Assembly: GCA_016188425.1 (NCBI GenBank)
Contig: JACPHX010000020.1
Coordinates: 1,821 to 65,820 of the forward strand
DNA length: 64,000 nucleotides
Direction of reading: 5' to 3'
Origin: Candidatus Uhrbacteria bacterium
GTDB lineage: Bacteria; Patescibacteriota; Patescibacteriia; UBA9934; GWF2-40-263
Shown here: piece by piece, positions 38,705-51,558 of the stretch
How the letters are laid out: every line of letters begins with the position of its first letter
Position numbering within the stretch: the stretch's first letter is position 1
The notes under the pieces: model-generated
Database searches by the model: none
Told to the model about the DNA's origin: nothing
What the model saw: the letters and a program-made list of their open reading frames with translations, nothing else
Program-made: the position numbers and the translations under genes

Positions 38705-40375
38705 ATGGGGGACTTGTTTCTTGAGATAGGTTCACTCGTTATTTTGGTGGCGGTGATTTCGTTTGTGGTGCAGTGGTTCCGGCAGCCGCTTATTTTGGCG
38801 TATATCATCGCGGGGATTGTGGCGGGGCCCAGTCTTCTGCATCTGGTTCGTTCCCCCGAGGCATTCGACACGTTTGCGAACATGGGGGTGGTTTTTTTGC
38901 TGTTTACGGTTGGCCTGGGCCTCAATTGGCGGAAAGTAAAAGAGGTGGGAGGGCCCTCGACGCTGATGGGGGTCGGGCAAGTGGTGTTTACCTCCCTCGT
39001 CGGATTTTGCCTTGGGAGCGCGCTTGGGTTCGATTGGCTCACCAGCGTCTACTTGGCGGTAGCTTTTTCCTTTTCCAGCACGATTATCATCATCAAGCAT
39101 CTTTCCGACAAGAATGAACTCGATTCCCTCTACGGGCGCATCAGTGTCGGTTTCCTCCTGGTGCAAGATTTCATTGCCGTGATCCTTCTCCTTCTGTTGC
39201 GCACGGTTGAAAAGGGGGCGACGGTTGCGCACATTCTTTCTTCGACCGGAGAAAAACTTCTTTTGTTTTTGGTTGGAGGAGCCCTCGCGCTCCTGATTGC
39301 CCCGCGTATCGTGGCGCGGGCGGCCCGTTCGCAGGAGTTGTTGTTCGTGTTCGCGCTCGCTTGGTGTTTCTTTTTTGTGGCGATGGGCGCGCGGGCGGGG
39401 TTTGGGATGGAGATCGGGGCGCTGGTAGCCGGGGTTTCGCTCTCGGGGACGGTGTATGCCACGGAAATAGCGGCGCGGCTGCGTCCGATCCGCGATTTTT
39501 TTCTCCTGTTGTTTTTTGTGATCTTGGGGACGCATTTGCAGTGGCAGGCGCTTCCAGGGAACTGGGTATCCACGCTCGTCTTTTCCGTGTTCGTCTTGGT
39601 GGGCAATCCGCTGCTGGCGCTCCTCGTTATGCGGCTCTTGGGCTACCATTCAAAAACAGGATGGCGCGCCGGCACCACGGTGGCGCAGATATCCGAGTTT
39701 TCTTTCCTGCTTCTGGCGGTGGGCGTATCGCTTGGGCATATAGATGCCACGAGCGTTGGGGTTGCCACCGGAGTCGCATTGCTGACGATCGGGTTTGGTT
39801 CGTACCTTATCAAATACAACGAGCAGATGTACCGCTGGTTCCGGCCTTTGTTCCATCGTATCCTCCCCTGGCCGGCCTCCCGGTGGCATGGCCGGGCGGG
39901 AAAGACGCCCGAAATATTCCTCTTGGGGTTCCATGGCGTCGGGCAGGTGTTGCTTCAGGGGCTGCATGATTTGCGCCGTTCCTATGTGATTGTAGATTTT
40001 GACCCGCATGTGGTGCGGCGGCTTATGGAACAAGGCGAACCGGTTATGTACGGGGATGCGGGCGATGAAGAATTTTTGCGGGATCAACAGATAAAAAAGG
40101 CCAAGTTCGTCCTCTCTACCATCCCCGAGAAACAGATGAGCATCGATTTGCTCTCGAGTCTTAAAGATATCGGTTTTTCCGGCGGGGTCGTGGTATCGGT
40201 ACCCGAACCAAAAGATGCGGCCGATTGTTATGCGGCGGGCGCGGATTTTGTCATCATTCCAAAGCAATTGGGGGGAGAGAAGGTCAAAGAGATCCTCGAA
40301 CATTCCAAGATTACGGCCCGCTCCTGGCGCTCGCTCGGGAAGGCGGCACAGGCATGCGGAGCCCTTGACGCCTGA
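38705..40375 (+). CDS. CPA2 cation:proton antiporter with a TrkA-N domain (Kef-like)
   Basis: FSSTIII, LLVQDF, AQISEFSF, YGDA. Confidence 0.9.
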   Translation: MGDLFLEIGSLVILVAVISFVVQWFRQPLILAYIIAGIVAGPSLLHLVRSPEAFDTFANMGVVFLLFTVGLGLNWRKVKEVGGPSTLMGVGQVVFTSLVGFCLGSALGFDWLTSVYLAVAFSFSSTIIIIKHLSDKNELDSLYGRISVGFLLVQDFIAVILLLLLRTVEKGATVAHILSSTGEKLLLFLVGGALALLIAPRIVARAARSQELLFVFALAWCFFFVAMGARAGFGMEIGALVAGVSLSGTVYATEIAARLRPIRDFFLLLFFVILGTHLQWQALPGNWVSTLVFSVFVLVGNPLLALLVMRLLGYHSKTGWRAGTTVAQISEFSFLLLAVGVSLGHIDATSVGVATGVALLTIGFGSYLIKYNEQMYRWFRPLFHRILPWPASRWHGRAGKTPEIFLLGFHGVGQVLLQGLHDLRRSYVIVDFDPHVVRRLMEQGEPVMYGDAGDEEFLRDQQIKKAKFVLSTIPEKQMSIDLLSSLKDIGFSGGVVVSVPEPKDAADCYAAGADFVIIPKQLGGEKVKEILEHSKITARSWRSLGKAAQACGALDA

Positions 40376-40453
40376 TCCTATGTCTGTTAGGTTTTTTCGT
40401 CCAGTATGGACTTACCCCCCCCGCAAGGGGGGTGAAGCAGAAAGGAAAAAATA

Positions 40454-41053
40454 ATGCCTACGGTCATTCCATTCCGCCTCCTTCTTCCTTCCGTCCCGCC
40501 CAAGGATTCTCAAGCGGCGGATTCACCGGGGGCAGACGTCATCCAAATGGCGGATCATCTCGGTTCCCGCCGCCGTCCGCAAGACGCGGGAGAGGAAACC
40601 GACCCAGGCGCCGTCTTGGACTTGCGCGCGTGGGCCGCCGCGCAGCAAGCGTGGATCACCGACCACGTCCACAGCGCACGCGTTGACTACTACCAAGCGG
40701 CGGCCCCAGATCACGAATGGGCCATGTACCTCTTCGGGGTATTCCAGAAAGATGACACGTTCCAAGAACGAGTCCAGGAACAGCTGGTCGGATCTAGGAT
40801 GATCCAGGTCCTCATCGATCTCGATGAACTCTCCACGGACATCGTCCTCATCGTCGGAAGCGAACTGCGCCCGAAAGATCTGGCATTCCCTGGCACCAAC
40901 CAGATTCGCATCGACACCCGCTGGGAGGCGCGATACGGGAAGAGCCATGCTCTTTTCTTCATGGAAGAGCACTATCATCTTCCGTTCAAAGCGGGTCTGT
41001 ATCTCTGCAAACCAGGCCTTCCGCCACACTTTCTTCCACCGGCGCGTCCATGA
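40454..41053 (+). CDS. Hypothetical protein
   Basis: 199-aa ORF with an AGGA Shine-Dalgarno. Confidence 0.6.
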   Translation: MPTVIPFRLLLPSVPPKDSQAADSPGADVIQMADHLGSRRRPQDAGEETDPGAVLDLRAWAAAQQAWITDHVHSARVDYYQAAAPDHEWAMYLFGVFQKDDTFQERVQEQLVGSRMIQVLIDLDELSTDIVLIVGSELRPKDLAFPGTNQIRIDTRWEARYGKSHALFFMEEHYHLPFKAGLYLCKPGLPPHFLPPARP

Positions 41054-41106
41054 AAAACCCACGGCGCGCTTTTTTGTTTGCGGGAAAGGCCGTATAATTT
41101 TGGCGT

Positions 41107-42036
41107 ATGCTAACTATGAATCGAGGCGAGTCTAGTTTTTTTAGAAATAGTACGCATCCTTCTTGGGAAAGCGGAATGGAGCATTCCCTTGAGCAACAGC
41201 CGTCGACGGATTGTGTCCTTCGGTTGCCGAAGGAAGGCTTATTTGGAGTCGCGGACGGGAAAGCGGGAAGCAAGGAAGCGGCGCAGGTGGTGCTCACAGA
41301 AGCGGTGGAAGGATTAGGAAACCGGTTTGACGAGACGCTGAATCGGTTGCGAGCGCGTGGTTTTTCGGACGCGCAAATCGCCGTCAGCGTTTCGATGGCT
41401 ATGAACGGGTTGTTCCAACGCGCGCATGCGGCTTTGCGCGGACAAGCGAGGGATGGGCGGCCAGTGTTGGCCACGGGGACCGTAGCAAAATTGCATGCGT
41501 TTCCAGATGGGACGAAGTATTTGTATCTTGGTCATGTCGGGGATACCCGCGCGTGGCGGTTTGTGCCGGAGGATTCGGGCGGAAGGTTGGAGCGTCTTAC
41601 CACAGACGACTCCCAACTTACGCGGTGGGTGGCGGAAGGGAAAATTACGACCGCGGAGGCGGAATCCGTCGAACAGTACCGTTCAAAAACCGAGTTGAGC
41701 GGTCCGTATGGCGCGGAATTGCCAGCGGCCGCGGGGCGTTTACACAATATCTTGGGGCATGAGCAACCATTCTCCGTGCAATTTTTGGCAGAGCCCCTTT
41801 CAGAAAAAGACATCATCATCCTGACGAATAACCGAGTGCATGGAAACATGACGCCGGATGAAATTCGTCAAATCGCTGCGCTTCCATTGAGCGATGATGC
41901 TGTGGCGAAGCAGCTGCAGAAAACCGCGGAGGAAATCGGTCGTCGAGCCCCGGGCACCCATGGCCGTGACCGGCGGATGGCGGGCGACGCGGCGGCTGTC
42001 GTGGTTCGTGTCGGTGAATGGCGCCCGCGCTCTTGA
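41107..42036 (+). CDS. PP2C-like phosphatase with degenerate metal-binding motifs
   Basis: LFGVADG, HVGDTRAW, LTTDDS; IILTNNRV replaces the canonical SDG. Confidence 0.75.
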   Translation: MLTMNRGESSFFRNSTHPSWESGMEHSLEQQPSTDCVLRLPKEGLFGVADGKAGSKEAAQVVLTEAVEGLGNRFDETLNRLRARGFSDAQIAVSVSMAMNGLFQRAHAALRGQARDGRPVLATGTVAKLHAFPDGTKYLYLGHVGDTRAWRFVPEDSGGRLERLTTDDSQLTRWVAEGKITTAEAESVEQYRSKTELSGPYGAELPAAAGRLHNILGHEQPFSVQFLAEPLSEKDIIILTNNRVHGNMTPDEIRQIAALPLSDDAVAKQLQKTAEEIGRRAPGTHGRDRRMAGDAAAVVVRVGEWRPRS

Positions 42037-42046
42037 CTACCTGTAG

Positions 42047-42073
42047 TTAGCACTCTAAAATTGCGAGTGCTAA
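42047..42073 (+). promoter_or_regulatory. CIRCE element
   Basis: Perfect TTAGCACTC-N9-GAGTGCTAA; TTGACT at 42033. Confidence 0.97.
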
Positions 42074-42074
42074 T

Positions 42075-42785
42075 ATGCAGACCCAAGACAGACAATCAAA
42101 AGTCCTTCAGCACCTGGTTGAGCTCTATATAGAGGAAGCGGAACCCGTGGGCTCCCATACCCTCGTGGATCGGTTTGCGCTCCCTGTCTCTTCGGCCACC
42201 ATCCGCAACGACATGGCTTTGTTAGAGCGCGACGGCTTTATTACTCATCCGCATACGTCTTCTGGACGCATTCCGACCGCCAAAGGGTACCGCGCGTATC
42301 TCGCCCAAGGCGTCCGTCCTTCGAAACAAGGAAAGGCGAAGGCGGCATTTGAAGCCGTTGTTTGCGCGACCGAGGAAGAGGAAGCGGTGCTCAAAGGGCT
42401 CGCAAAAGCCCTTGCGGCGCTCTCGGGAGAGACCGTGCTGGTTGCCTTCGACCAACATTCGAGTTATTACACCGGGGTCTCCTACTTGTTGCGCAAGCCG
42501 GATTTTGCGGATATGCCTTCGCTCTATGGCATTGGCGACCTTGTCGACCAGTTCGATGAAGTAATCCCCTCGGTCTTCTCTGACGTGTCTGATGAAGTGA
42601 TGATCCGGGTCGGCGAAGAAAATCCGTTCGGGGAAGGCATGAGCACCTTGCTTGTCCGCTACTCGTTCCATGGAGTTCCGCACGGCCTCCTTGGTCTCTT
42701 GGGCCCGATGCGGATGGATTATGCGCGCAACCTGGGGCTCATGCAGGCCGCGACCGAGTCCCTTTCTTTCTTTTCGTATGACTGA
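42075..42785 (+). CDS. hrcA: Heat-inducible repressor HrcA (short form)
   Basis: PVGS, SSATIRNDM, HTSSGRIPT, GPMRMDY. Confidence 0.93.
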   Translation: MQTQDRQSKVLQHLVELYIEEAEPVGSHTLVDRFALPVSSATIRNDMALLERDGFITHPHTSSGRIPTAKGYRAYLAQGVRPSKQGKAKAAFEAVVCATEEEEAVLKGLAKALAALSGETVLVAFDQHSSYYTGVSYLLRKPDFADMPSLYGIGDLVDQFDEVIPSVFSDVSDEVMIRVGEENPFGEGMSTLLVRYSFHGVPHGLLGLLGPMRMDYARNLGLMQAATESLSFFSYD

Positions 42786-43263
42786 AGAACAACAACCAGA
42801 GGAAACAGCATCGACGGACGCTGCCAAGTGCGAGGAGTACAAGGCAGGATGGAAACGTGCGCTCGCGGATTACGACAACTTGCGTAAAGACCTCGCGCGC
42901 GAGCGGATGGTGATCCGCGAGCAGACGACGTCCCGACTGTGCGAATCTTTCCTCTCCGTTCTTGAACATTTCGACCAGGCATTGTCGCATCAGCCCAAGG
43001 ACATGCCGGCTGTGGCGTCAGGGTGGGCGCAAGGCGTCCTGCATGTGCGTATAGAACTCGAGAATGCGCTCCGAGAGCTCGGCGTCGAGCCGTTTGGAAC
43101 GGTCGGGGAAGCGTTTGATCCGCGTCGACATGAAGCGGTTTCGGAACGGGTTGAGGGGGAAAAAGAAAACAACACGGTTATTGAAGTGATCGGAAGGGGA
43201 TTTGCCCTCGGAGAACGGGTGTTGCGCCCGGCGCGCGTCATCGTTTCGAAACGCGCGGAGTAA
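42778..43263 (+). CDS. grpE: Nucleotide exchange factor GrpE
   Basis: RALADYDNLRK, FDPRRHEAV, LRPARVIV. Confidence 0.93.
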   Translation: MTEEQQPEETASTDAAKCEEYKAGWKRALADYDNLRKDLARERMVIREQTTSRLCESFLSVLEHFDQALSHQPKDMPAVASGWAQGVLHVRIELENALRELGVEPFGTVGEAFDPRRHEAVSERVEGEKENNTVIEVIGRGFALGERVLRPARVIVSKRAE

Positions 43264-43287
43264 AGAACGAATTTTACAAAAAATACT

Positions 43288-45207
43288 ATGGCAAAAATTC
43301 TTGGGATCGATTTGGGAACGACGAATTCTTGTGTCGCGATCATTGAAGGAGGGAAACCAAAAGTGCTTGATAACAGCGAAGGGTATCGCACCACACCTTC
43401 GATCATTGCGACGTCCAAGACAGGCGAGCGTTTGGTTGGGCTTCCTGCCAAACGCCAGTCGGTGACGAATCCGACGAACACCTTGTACTCTATCAAGCGC
43501 CTGATAGGCCGCCGCTTTACCGATGCCGAAGTGCAGCGTGATTTGGCGGTGTTCCCGTTTAAGATCCAGAAGCGCGGTGAAGGCGTCGAAGTACTCATGG
43601 GAGGAAAGGCATACACGCCGGAGGAAATTTCTGCGATGGTTTTGCAAAAGATCAAGAGTGATGCGGAAGCGCGTTTGGGCGAGTCGGTGACGGAAGCGGT
43701 CATCACCGTCCCTGCGTATTTCGACGACGCGCAGCGCCAGGCCACGAAGGTTGCAGGCGAGATCGCTGGCCTCACTGTGAAGCGCATCATCAACGAGCCG
43801 ACGGCGGCGGCGCTGGCGTATGGGTTTGACCAGAAGAAAGGCCAGCAAGTGCTCGTCTACGATTTGGGGGGCGGGACGTTCGACGTCTCTGTCCTCGATT
43901 TGTCCGCGGATACCGTTGAGGTGAAAGCCACCAACGGCGACACGCATTTGGGCGGCGACGATTTCGACCGCGTCGTCATCGACTGGATCGTCACCGAGTT
44001 CAAGAAAGCGGAAGGAATCGATCTTTCGAAAGATCCGCTCGCGATGCAGCGCATCAAAGACGCCGCCGAAAAGGCGAAGATCGAACTCTCCACCGCCGCC
44101 CAGACCGAAATCAACCAGCCCTTCATCACTTCCGATGCCAACGGCCCGAAGCACCTCGTCGTCCCTTTCACGCGTTCCCAGCTCGAATCATTGTGCCTTC
44201 CCCTCGCGGAGCGGACGATGGAGCCCGTGCGCCAAGCGCTCGCGGACGCGAAGATGGAGAAAAACGCCATCCACGAAATCATCATGGTCGGCGGCATGAC
44301 GCGCATGCCTCTCGTGCAGAAGAAGGTTGAGGAATTCTTCGGAAAGAAACCCAACCTATCGATCAATCCCGACGAAGTCGTTGCCCTGGGCGCCGCGGTA
44401 CAAGCCGGCGTCCTCCAAGGAGAGGTGAAAGACGTCCTCCTTTTGGATGTCACGCCTTTGTCGCTGGGCATCGAAACGTTGGGCGGAGTGATGACCGCGC
44501 TCATCGAACGCAACACGACGATTCCGACTTCCAAAGGCCAGACTTTCTCGACCGCCGCGGACAACCAGAATACGGTGGAGATCCACGTCCTCCAAGGCGA
44601 GCGGCCGATGGCCGCGGATAACAAGACTTTGGGACGCTTCGCGCTCTCGGGCATCCCCCCGGCTCCTCGCGGCGTTCCGCAAGTCGAGGTAAAATTCGAC
44701 ATCGACGCCAATGGGATCCTGAACGTCTCGGCCACCGACAAAGCATCGGGCCAGGCGCAGAGCATCCAGATCAAAGCGTCCACAGGTCTCTCCAAGGAAG
44801 ACATCGAGCGGATGAAAATGGAAGCGGAGCAACACGCGACGGAGGATACGAAGAAGCGTGAGCTTATCGAAGCACGCAACCTGGCGGAGCAGATGGTGTA
44901 CACCTCCGAGAAGATGCTCAAGGACAATGAGGCGAAGGTTTCGGCGGAAGATAAGAAGGCCGTGGAAGAGAAGATTGCCGCGATGCGCTCGGTCAAAGAT
45001 GCGGATGATCTGGACGCGATCAAGAAGGCGGGAGACGAGCTGACGGATATCGCGCAGAAGGTGGGGGGCAAGCTCTATCAATCGGGGCAGGCGCAAGGGG
45101 CGCAGGGGGCGTCCGGCGAAGCCGGATCCGGCTTCGCCGGACAAGGGGGAGGCGACGAACCGAAGACGGAGGGGGCACAGGATGCGAATTTTACGGAGAA
45201 GAAGTAA
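43288..45207 (+). CDS. dnaK: Chaperone DnaK
   Basis: [26 protein letters not shown]. Confidence 0.98.
   Translation: MAKILGIDLGTTNSCVAIIEGGKPKVLDNSEGYRTTPSIIATSKTGERLVGLPAKRQSVTNPTNTLYSIKRLIGRRFTDAEVQRDLAVFPFKIQKRGEGVEVLMGGKAYTPEEISAMVLQKIKSDAEARLGESVTEAVITVPAYFDDAQRQATKVAGEIAGLTVKRIINEPTAAALAYGFDQKKGQQVLVYDLGGGTFDVSVLDLSADTVEVKATNGDTHLGGDDFDRVVIDWIVTEFKKAEGIDLSKDPLAMQRIKDAAEKAKIELSTAAQTEINQPFITSDANGPKHLVVPFTRSQLESLCLPLAERTMEPVRQALADAKMEKNAIHEIIMVGGMTRMPLVQKKVEEFFGKKPNLSINPDEVVALGAAVQAGVLQGEVKDVLLLDVTPLSLGIETLGGVMTALIERNTTIPTSKGQTFSTAADNQNTVEIHVLQGERPMAADNKTLGRFALSGIPPAPRGVPQVEVKFDIDANGILNVSATDKASGQAQSIQIKASTGLSKEDIERMKMEAEQHATEDTKKRELIEARNLAEQMVYTSEKMLKDNEAKVSAEDKKAVEEKIAAMRSVKDADDLDAIKKAGDELTDIAQKVGGKLYQSGQAQGAQGASGEAGSGFAGQGGGDEPKTEGAQDANFTEKK
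45112..45141. repeat. 30-bp palindrome (variant) in the dnaK tail
   Basis: tccggcgaagccggatccggcttcgccgga, encoding [10 protein letters not shown]. Confidence 0.85.
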
Positions 45208-45210
45208 GCA

Positions 45211-45306
45211 CGGGGCGGTTAAGAGGGGTTAAGGGTGATTAGGGGCGGTTTTCGGACCGTCCAGAATAGTCCTCTTAACCCCACCTAACCCCCCTTAACC
45301 GCCCCT
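45211..45306. repeat. Inverted short-period tandem repeat element
   Basis: ggggcggttaa/gaggggttaa/gggtgatta arm and cctcttaacc/ccccttaaccgcccc arm. Confidence 0.7.
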
Positions 45307-45320
45307 TTGTTCCATTTCAT

Positions 45321-45554
45321 ATGAATACTCCTCACGCCGCACAATCTCTGGAAGACACGCTGACCGTCTGGCTCGGGGAGCATGAGGGGTGTATTAAGGT
45401 TGGAACATTGAAGCCGTTGCCCCCGCCCAAGGAATGCTCTGGTTTTGTGCACAATGCCTATTTGATCGGTCAGCTTCACATCATCACCGTGGTTATCATT
45501 ATAGGTTTTCTCCTCCTTATGGCGGGCATTATCGCCAATGCTTTGAAACGGTAA
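45321..45554 (+). CDS. Small membrane protein inside the dnaK-dnaJ operon
   Basis: 77 aa with a C-terminal TM helix; lower GC. Confidence 0.5.
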   Translation: MNTPHAAQSLEDTLTVWLGEHEGCIKVGTLKPLPPPKECSGFVHNAYLIGQLHIITVVIIIGFLLLMAGIIANALKR

Positions 45555-45558
45555 CGCT

Positions 45559-46632
45559 ATGGCAGGAAAAGATTATTATCACATTCTTGGGGTGGGGAAG
45601 CAGGCGAGCGCGGAGGAGATCAAGAAGGCGTTTCGCACGCTGGCGCACCAATTCCATCCGGACAAACCAGGCGGCAATGCGGATAAGTTCAAGGAGATAA
45701 ACGCGGCGTACCAAGTGCTGTCGGATCCGGACAAGCGCGCGAAGTACGACCAGTTTGGCCCTGGCTTCGAGCAGATGAACGGTGGTGATGCCGGCGGGTT
45801 TGGCGGTTTTCAAAATGGGTTCAATGGGATGGAGTTTGATCTGGGGGATTTAGGATCGATGTTTGGGCAAGCGTTTGGGTTTGGAGGGGGGAGGAGGGGG
45901 GAGGGAGGAGGGAGGAAGCAGGGGAGACCTATGGAGGTGGCGCTTTCACTTACGTTCTCGGAAGCCATCTTTGGAGTGGAAAAAGAAATCATTTTACAGA
46001 CGTCGGTGGCGTGTGAACGCTGTGGGGGCGTCGGGGCCGAACCTGGGACGAAAAAGAAGACGTGTACCGATTGCGGCGGCACGGGGACGCGGGTGCGGGC
46101 GCAACGGACGATTTTGGGGACGATACAGATGCAGACGACGTGCGACACCTGTCAAGGGGAGGGCGAGATCATCGAGACGCCCTGCGCGTCTTGCCGTGGG
46201 GAAGGGATGAAACGGGGGAAGAAACAACTCTCCATCGAGATACCGGCGGGGGTGGAAGACGGGGCAGTCCTTCGATTGCGAGGGCAGGGGGAGGCGATCA
46301 AGGGCGGGGAGGCGGGAGACGTGTATGTGCGTCTGCGCGTGACGCCGGACGCACGCTTTGAACGTGACGGGGACAAAATTTATTCTGGCCTCTCCATCGG
46401 GTTCACCCAGGCAGCGCTTGGAGACAAGGTGATCGTGGAGACGGTCGACGGCGACGCGGAGCTGACGATCCCGGCCGGGATCCAATCGGGAACGGAACTT
46501 CGGTTGAAAGGAAAAGGCGTGCCGCAGGGTCGGGGACGTGGCGACCACATGGTGGTCGTGACCGTTGTGACGCCGACGAAACTTTCTCGTGAGCAAAAAG
46601 AATTGTTTGAAACATTGAACTTGCGGGATTAA
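45559..46632 (+). CDS. dnaJ: Chaperone DnaJ
   Basis: HPD J-domain, G/F region, four CxxCxGxG. Confidence 0.97.
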   Translation: MAGKDYYHILGVGKQASAEEIKKAFRTLAHQFHPDKPGGNADKFKEINAAYQVLSDPDKRAKYDQFGPGFEQMNGGDAGGFGGFQNGFNGMEFDLGDLGSMFGQAFGFGGGRRGEGGGRKQGRPMEVALSLTFSEAIFGVEKEIILQTSVACERCGGVGAEPGTKKKTCTDCGGTGTRVRAQRTILGTIQMQTTCDTCQGEGEIIETPCASCRGEGMKRGKKQLSIEIPAGVEDGAVLRLRGQGEAIKGGEAGDVYVRLRVTPDARFERDGDKIYSGLSIGFTQAALGDKVIVETVDGDAELTIPAGIQSGTELRLKGKGVPQGRGRGDHMVVVTVVTPTKLSREQKELFETLNLRD

Positions 46633-46667
46633 AAAAGACGCGGCTGCTCGTGTAAAGCAGAACGCGT

Positions 46668-47228
46668 TTAGTCGTCCATGGATGGACAGTCTTCGTAGTG
46701 ATCCTCATCCCAGAAACCCGTCCAGTATTGCTTGGGGTGGTTGGTTCTCTGGGGATCGATCTCGCCCAGGTCGTCTCCGGCTTCCTGGGACGGAGGATGG
46801 GAGGGGGTGAGATGGTACTCGATGAGATCCTGTGTCTCGATCGGTGTTTTCTCGGCCGCGCCTTCCGCGTTGCTCATTCCAAACAGGGTACAGATAAGCC
46901 CGATGACCTGTCTTCGGGCTTCGCGTCCAGCTTCGTCGTGTTTCCCTGTGAGCTTTGGAAAGCGAAAGGGAGCTTTGCCTGATTCGATTGGGAGGTTGGC
47001 GCTTGTCGTAAAGAGCAAGGAGATGAAGGAGCCGTCCGAAGTATAGCGGATGACGGCGTAGGTTCCGTCGCGGTAGACGCGTAACCGGTCGTCGGGTCGT
47101 ACCCTGGTTCGAGCCCCGACTTTTTTTCCTTTCCGTCCTTCTTCTGGGGTTGGGGGGAGGGCAAGATACACAGATGTCACCTCCGTAGTATTGCAGGCGG
47201 GGGGGAGAACTTCAAAGGGGTTGTGCAC
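46668..47228 (-). CDS. Hypothetical protein
   Basis: Best ORF in the interval; start uncertain. Confidence 0.45.
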   Translation of the reverse strand: MHNPFEVLPPACNTTEVTSVYLALPPTPEEGRKGKKVGARTRVRPDDRLRVYRDGTYAVIRYTSDGSFISLLFTTSANLPIESGKAPFRFPKLTGKHDEAGREARRQVIGLICTLFGMSNAEGAAEKTPIETQDLIEYHLTPSHPPSQEAGDDLGEIDPQRTNHPKQYWTGFWDEDHYEDCPSMDD

Positions 47229-47239
47229 AGATGGGGGGT

Positions 47240-49604
<2,365 letters not shown>

Positions 49605-49639
49605 GCAATTTTTGGAATTGCTGTGCCTGTATTGTAATT

Positions 49640-49679
49640 CATACTGTGGCCAAGGGGCATGCCCCTTGGCCACAGTATG
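49640..49679. repeat. 40-bp perfect palindrome (second family; related copy inside nrdJ)
   Basis: catactgtggccaaggggcatgccccttggccacagtatg. Confidence 0.85.
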
Positions 49680-49735
49680 TGCATAGGATTAGGATATAGA
49701 TTGTATTGCAAAAGCAATACAAATTTTTTATAGAT

Positions 49736-50218
49736 ATGAGAAAAATTATCATCATTGTTTTCATCATCCTCTTTCTCATCCTCACCGGTATTCTTTTCTT
49801 CCACAAAGACGGTAGTGTTCCTCACACTGTCCGCCACGATGCCGTTGTCCGTTTTGCAAACGGTACCGAGGCGACCGTTGAGATCGCGGACGAAGAGAAG
49901 GAACGGGAACGCGGTTTTTCTTTCCGCGAACGTCCGGCGGACCAGGAAGGAATCTTGTTCGTTTTCGACCGACCCGACCGCTATTCGTTTTGGATGTACG
50001 GCATGAAGTTCCCGCTCGACTTCCTCTGGATCGAGGGAGGGAAGGTCGTGGACTTGACGCCTAACGTGATCCCAGACGTTCCCCCAACAAAAACCTACCG
50101 CCCCGCCGTTCCTGTTTCGAGGATGCTCGAGATGCCGGCGGGCTTCATTGAAAAATCCGGGACATCGGTCGGTGATGAAGTCGAGATCGTTCATCTTCAA
50201 CGCGGCCGGGTTTTTTGA
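49736..50218 (+). CDS. DUF192 family protein
   Basis: VEIAD...RERG, GILFVF, FWMYGMKFPLD, LEMPAG. Confidence 0.9.
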   Translation: MRKIIIIVFIILFLILTGILFFHKDGSVPHTVRHDAVVRFANGTEATVEIADEEKERERGFSFRERPADQEGILFVFDRPDRYSFWMYGMKFPLDFLWIEGGKVVDLTPNVIPDVPPTKTYRPAVPVSRMLEMPAGFIEKSGTSVGDEVEIVHLQRGRVF

Positions 50219-50814
50219 CACGTCCCCGGCGGGTGGTAGTGTGGATGTTGGAGGTGCGCATGAGTCGCGCGTTTTCATTCTGGGTACAGATCCGTCAGGC
50301 CCTGTACGACCTTGGATGGTGGCTGTCGCAAAAGAGCGACGGCTACAAACTGGGAATCCTCACAGAAGTTCTGGACTCGCTCCAAGACAGCGAGACGTTC
50401 TGCCGGATCCGCGAGCCGCGGCCGTCGGGAGCCAAGAGGAAACAGGCATTCCGCACCATCGAGGGGGCGGCGTACGAAATTGATTTCGTCCGCGGCACAG
50501 AAGATGGCGAGCAGACTGAAACGCTCTTTGTTCATCCGGCCACGGGGGTGGGGTATAGGTTCTGGATCAACTTCCGCGGGCCAGATATCGAGCGGTGGAA
50601 GGTGAATGGGGAGGCTATGCCCGACCCCGAAGGCGAACTCCTGGACGCACTGCGCGACATCCGGCTTTTCGTGGACCGCGTCGTCTGCCAGGAAGAGGAA
50701 ATCGCCCGTGACATGCGCCAAGACGAGGAGAACGGAATGCTGATCTCCCCGCAGATCCCGTCTTGGACGGGGAAGATCGTCGACCCAGCCGAGGAGCCGA
50801 ACAAAGCGTCGTGA
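50215..50814 (+). CDS. Hypothetical protein
   Basis: ORF with genome-like codon usage; start uncertain. Confidence 0.55.
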   Translation: MTRPRRVVVWMLEVRMSRAFSFWVQIRQALYDLGWWLSQKSDGYKLGILTEVLDSLQDSETFCRIREPRPSGAKRKQAFRTIEGAAYEIDFVRGTEDGEQTETLFVHPATGVGYRFWINFRGPDIERWKVNGEAMPDPEGELLDALRDIRLFVDRVVCQEEEIARDMRQDEENGMLISPQIPSWTGKIVDPAEEPNKAS

Positions 50815-50958
50815 GGAGTTCCTTGTGGGCTCCTTTTAATTTTGTATGAGATGTTGCTGTTTGAAATAGAATACAGGGGCGGCGGGTTGACAATCCCCCC
50901 TCCTTTTCGCTATCCTTCCCACACTTATTCCTGAACAGATCGCTGGCAATAGGCCCTC

Positions 50959-51118
50959 GACCCACGTTCATCCTTCTCTTCCGTCCAGTTCGGCGCCTTT
51001 CGGCCTGCAAACGTTTCAGGGTTCCTCGAAATACTTCCGTGTATTCCTCGTCACCCTTCAATGTTTTCGGCTCGAAAGTCGCTCGAACTGTCCAGGAAGA
51101 TAAGGATGAACGGGGGTC
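50959..51118. other. ~160-nt rod-like imperfect hairpin in the rplU leader
   Basis: gacccacgttcatccttctcttcc ... ggaagataaggatgaacgggggtc with nested helices. Confidence 0.7.
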
Positions 51119-51145
51119 TTGGGAGCCGAGGCCGCGAGAGCATCT

Positions 51146-51454
51146 ATGAAAGCAGTCATTACTACAGGCGGGAAGCAATATCTCGTCAAAGAAGGGCAGA
51201 CGATTACGGTCGAGAAGCTGGAGACGGAAGTGGGCAAGCCATTAGTCTTTGAAGCGCTCATGACCGTGAGCGATACAGACGAAGTCACGCTGGGTACCCC
51301 GGTCGTGAAGTCGGTCAAAGTCACTGCCGAAGTGAAAGAGCATGGCCGCGGGGACAAGATCCTGATCGTCAAATACAAACCAAAAGTCCGCTACCGCCGC
51401 CACATCGGCCACCGCCAGCCGTTTACGAAGTTGCTGATTACGAAGATAGCGTAG
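51146..51454 (+). CDS. rplU: 50S ribosomal protein L21
   Basis: AVITTGGKQYLVKEG...GHRQPFT. Confidence 0.96.
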   Translation: MKAVITTGGKQYLVKEGQTITVEKLETEVGKPLVFEALMTVSDTDEVTLGTPVVKSVKVTAEVKEHGRGDKILIVKYKPKVRYRRHIGHRQPFTKLLITKIA

Positions 51455-51558
51455 GGGAGAGGGCGGGAGGCGGGGGAACGGGAGGGCAAAAAAAGAACGG
51501 TGTTCCGTTCTTTTTTGTTCCTTGTTTTTGTTTTCCTGCCTCCCGTCCTTCGCCTTTC

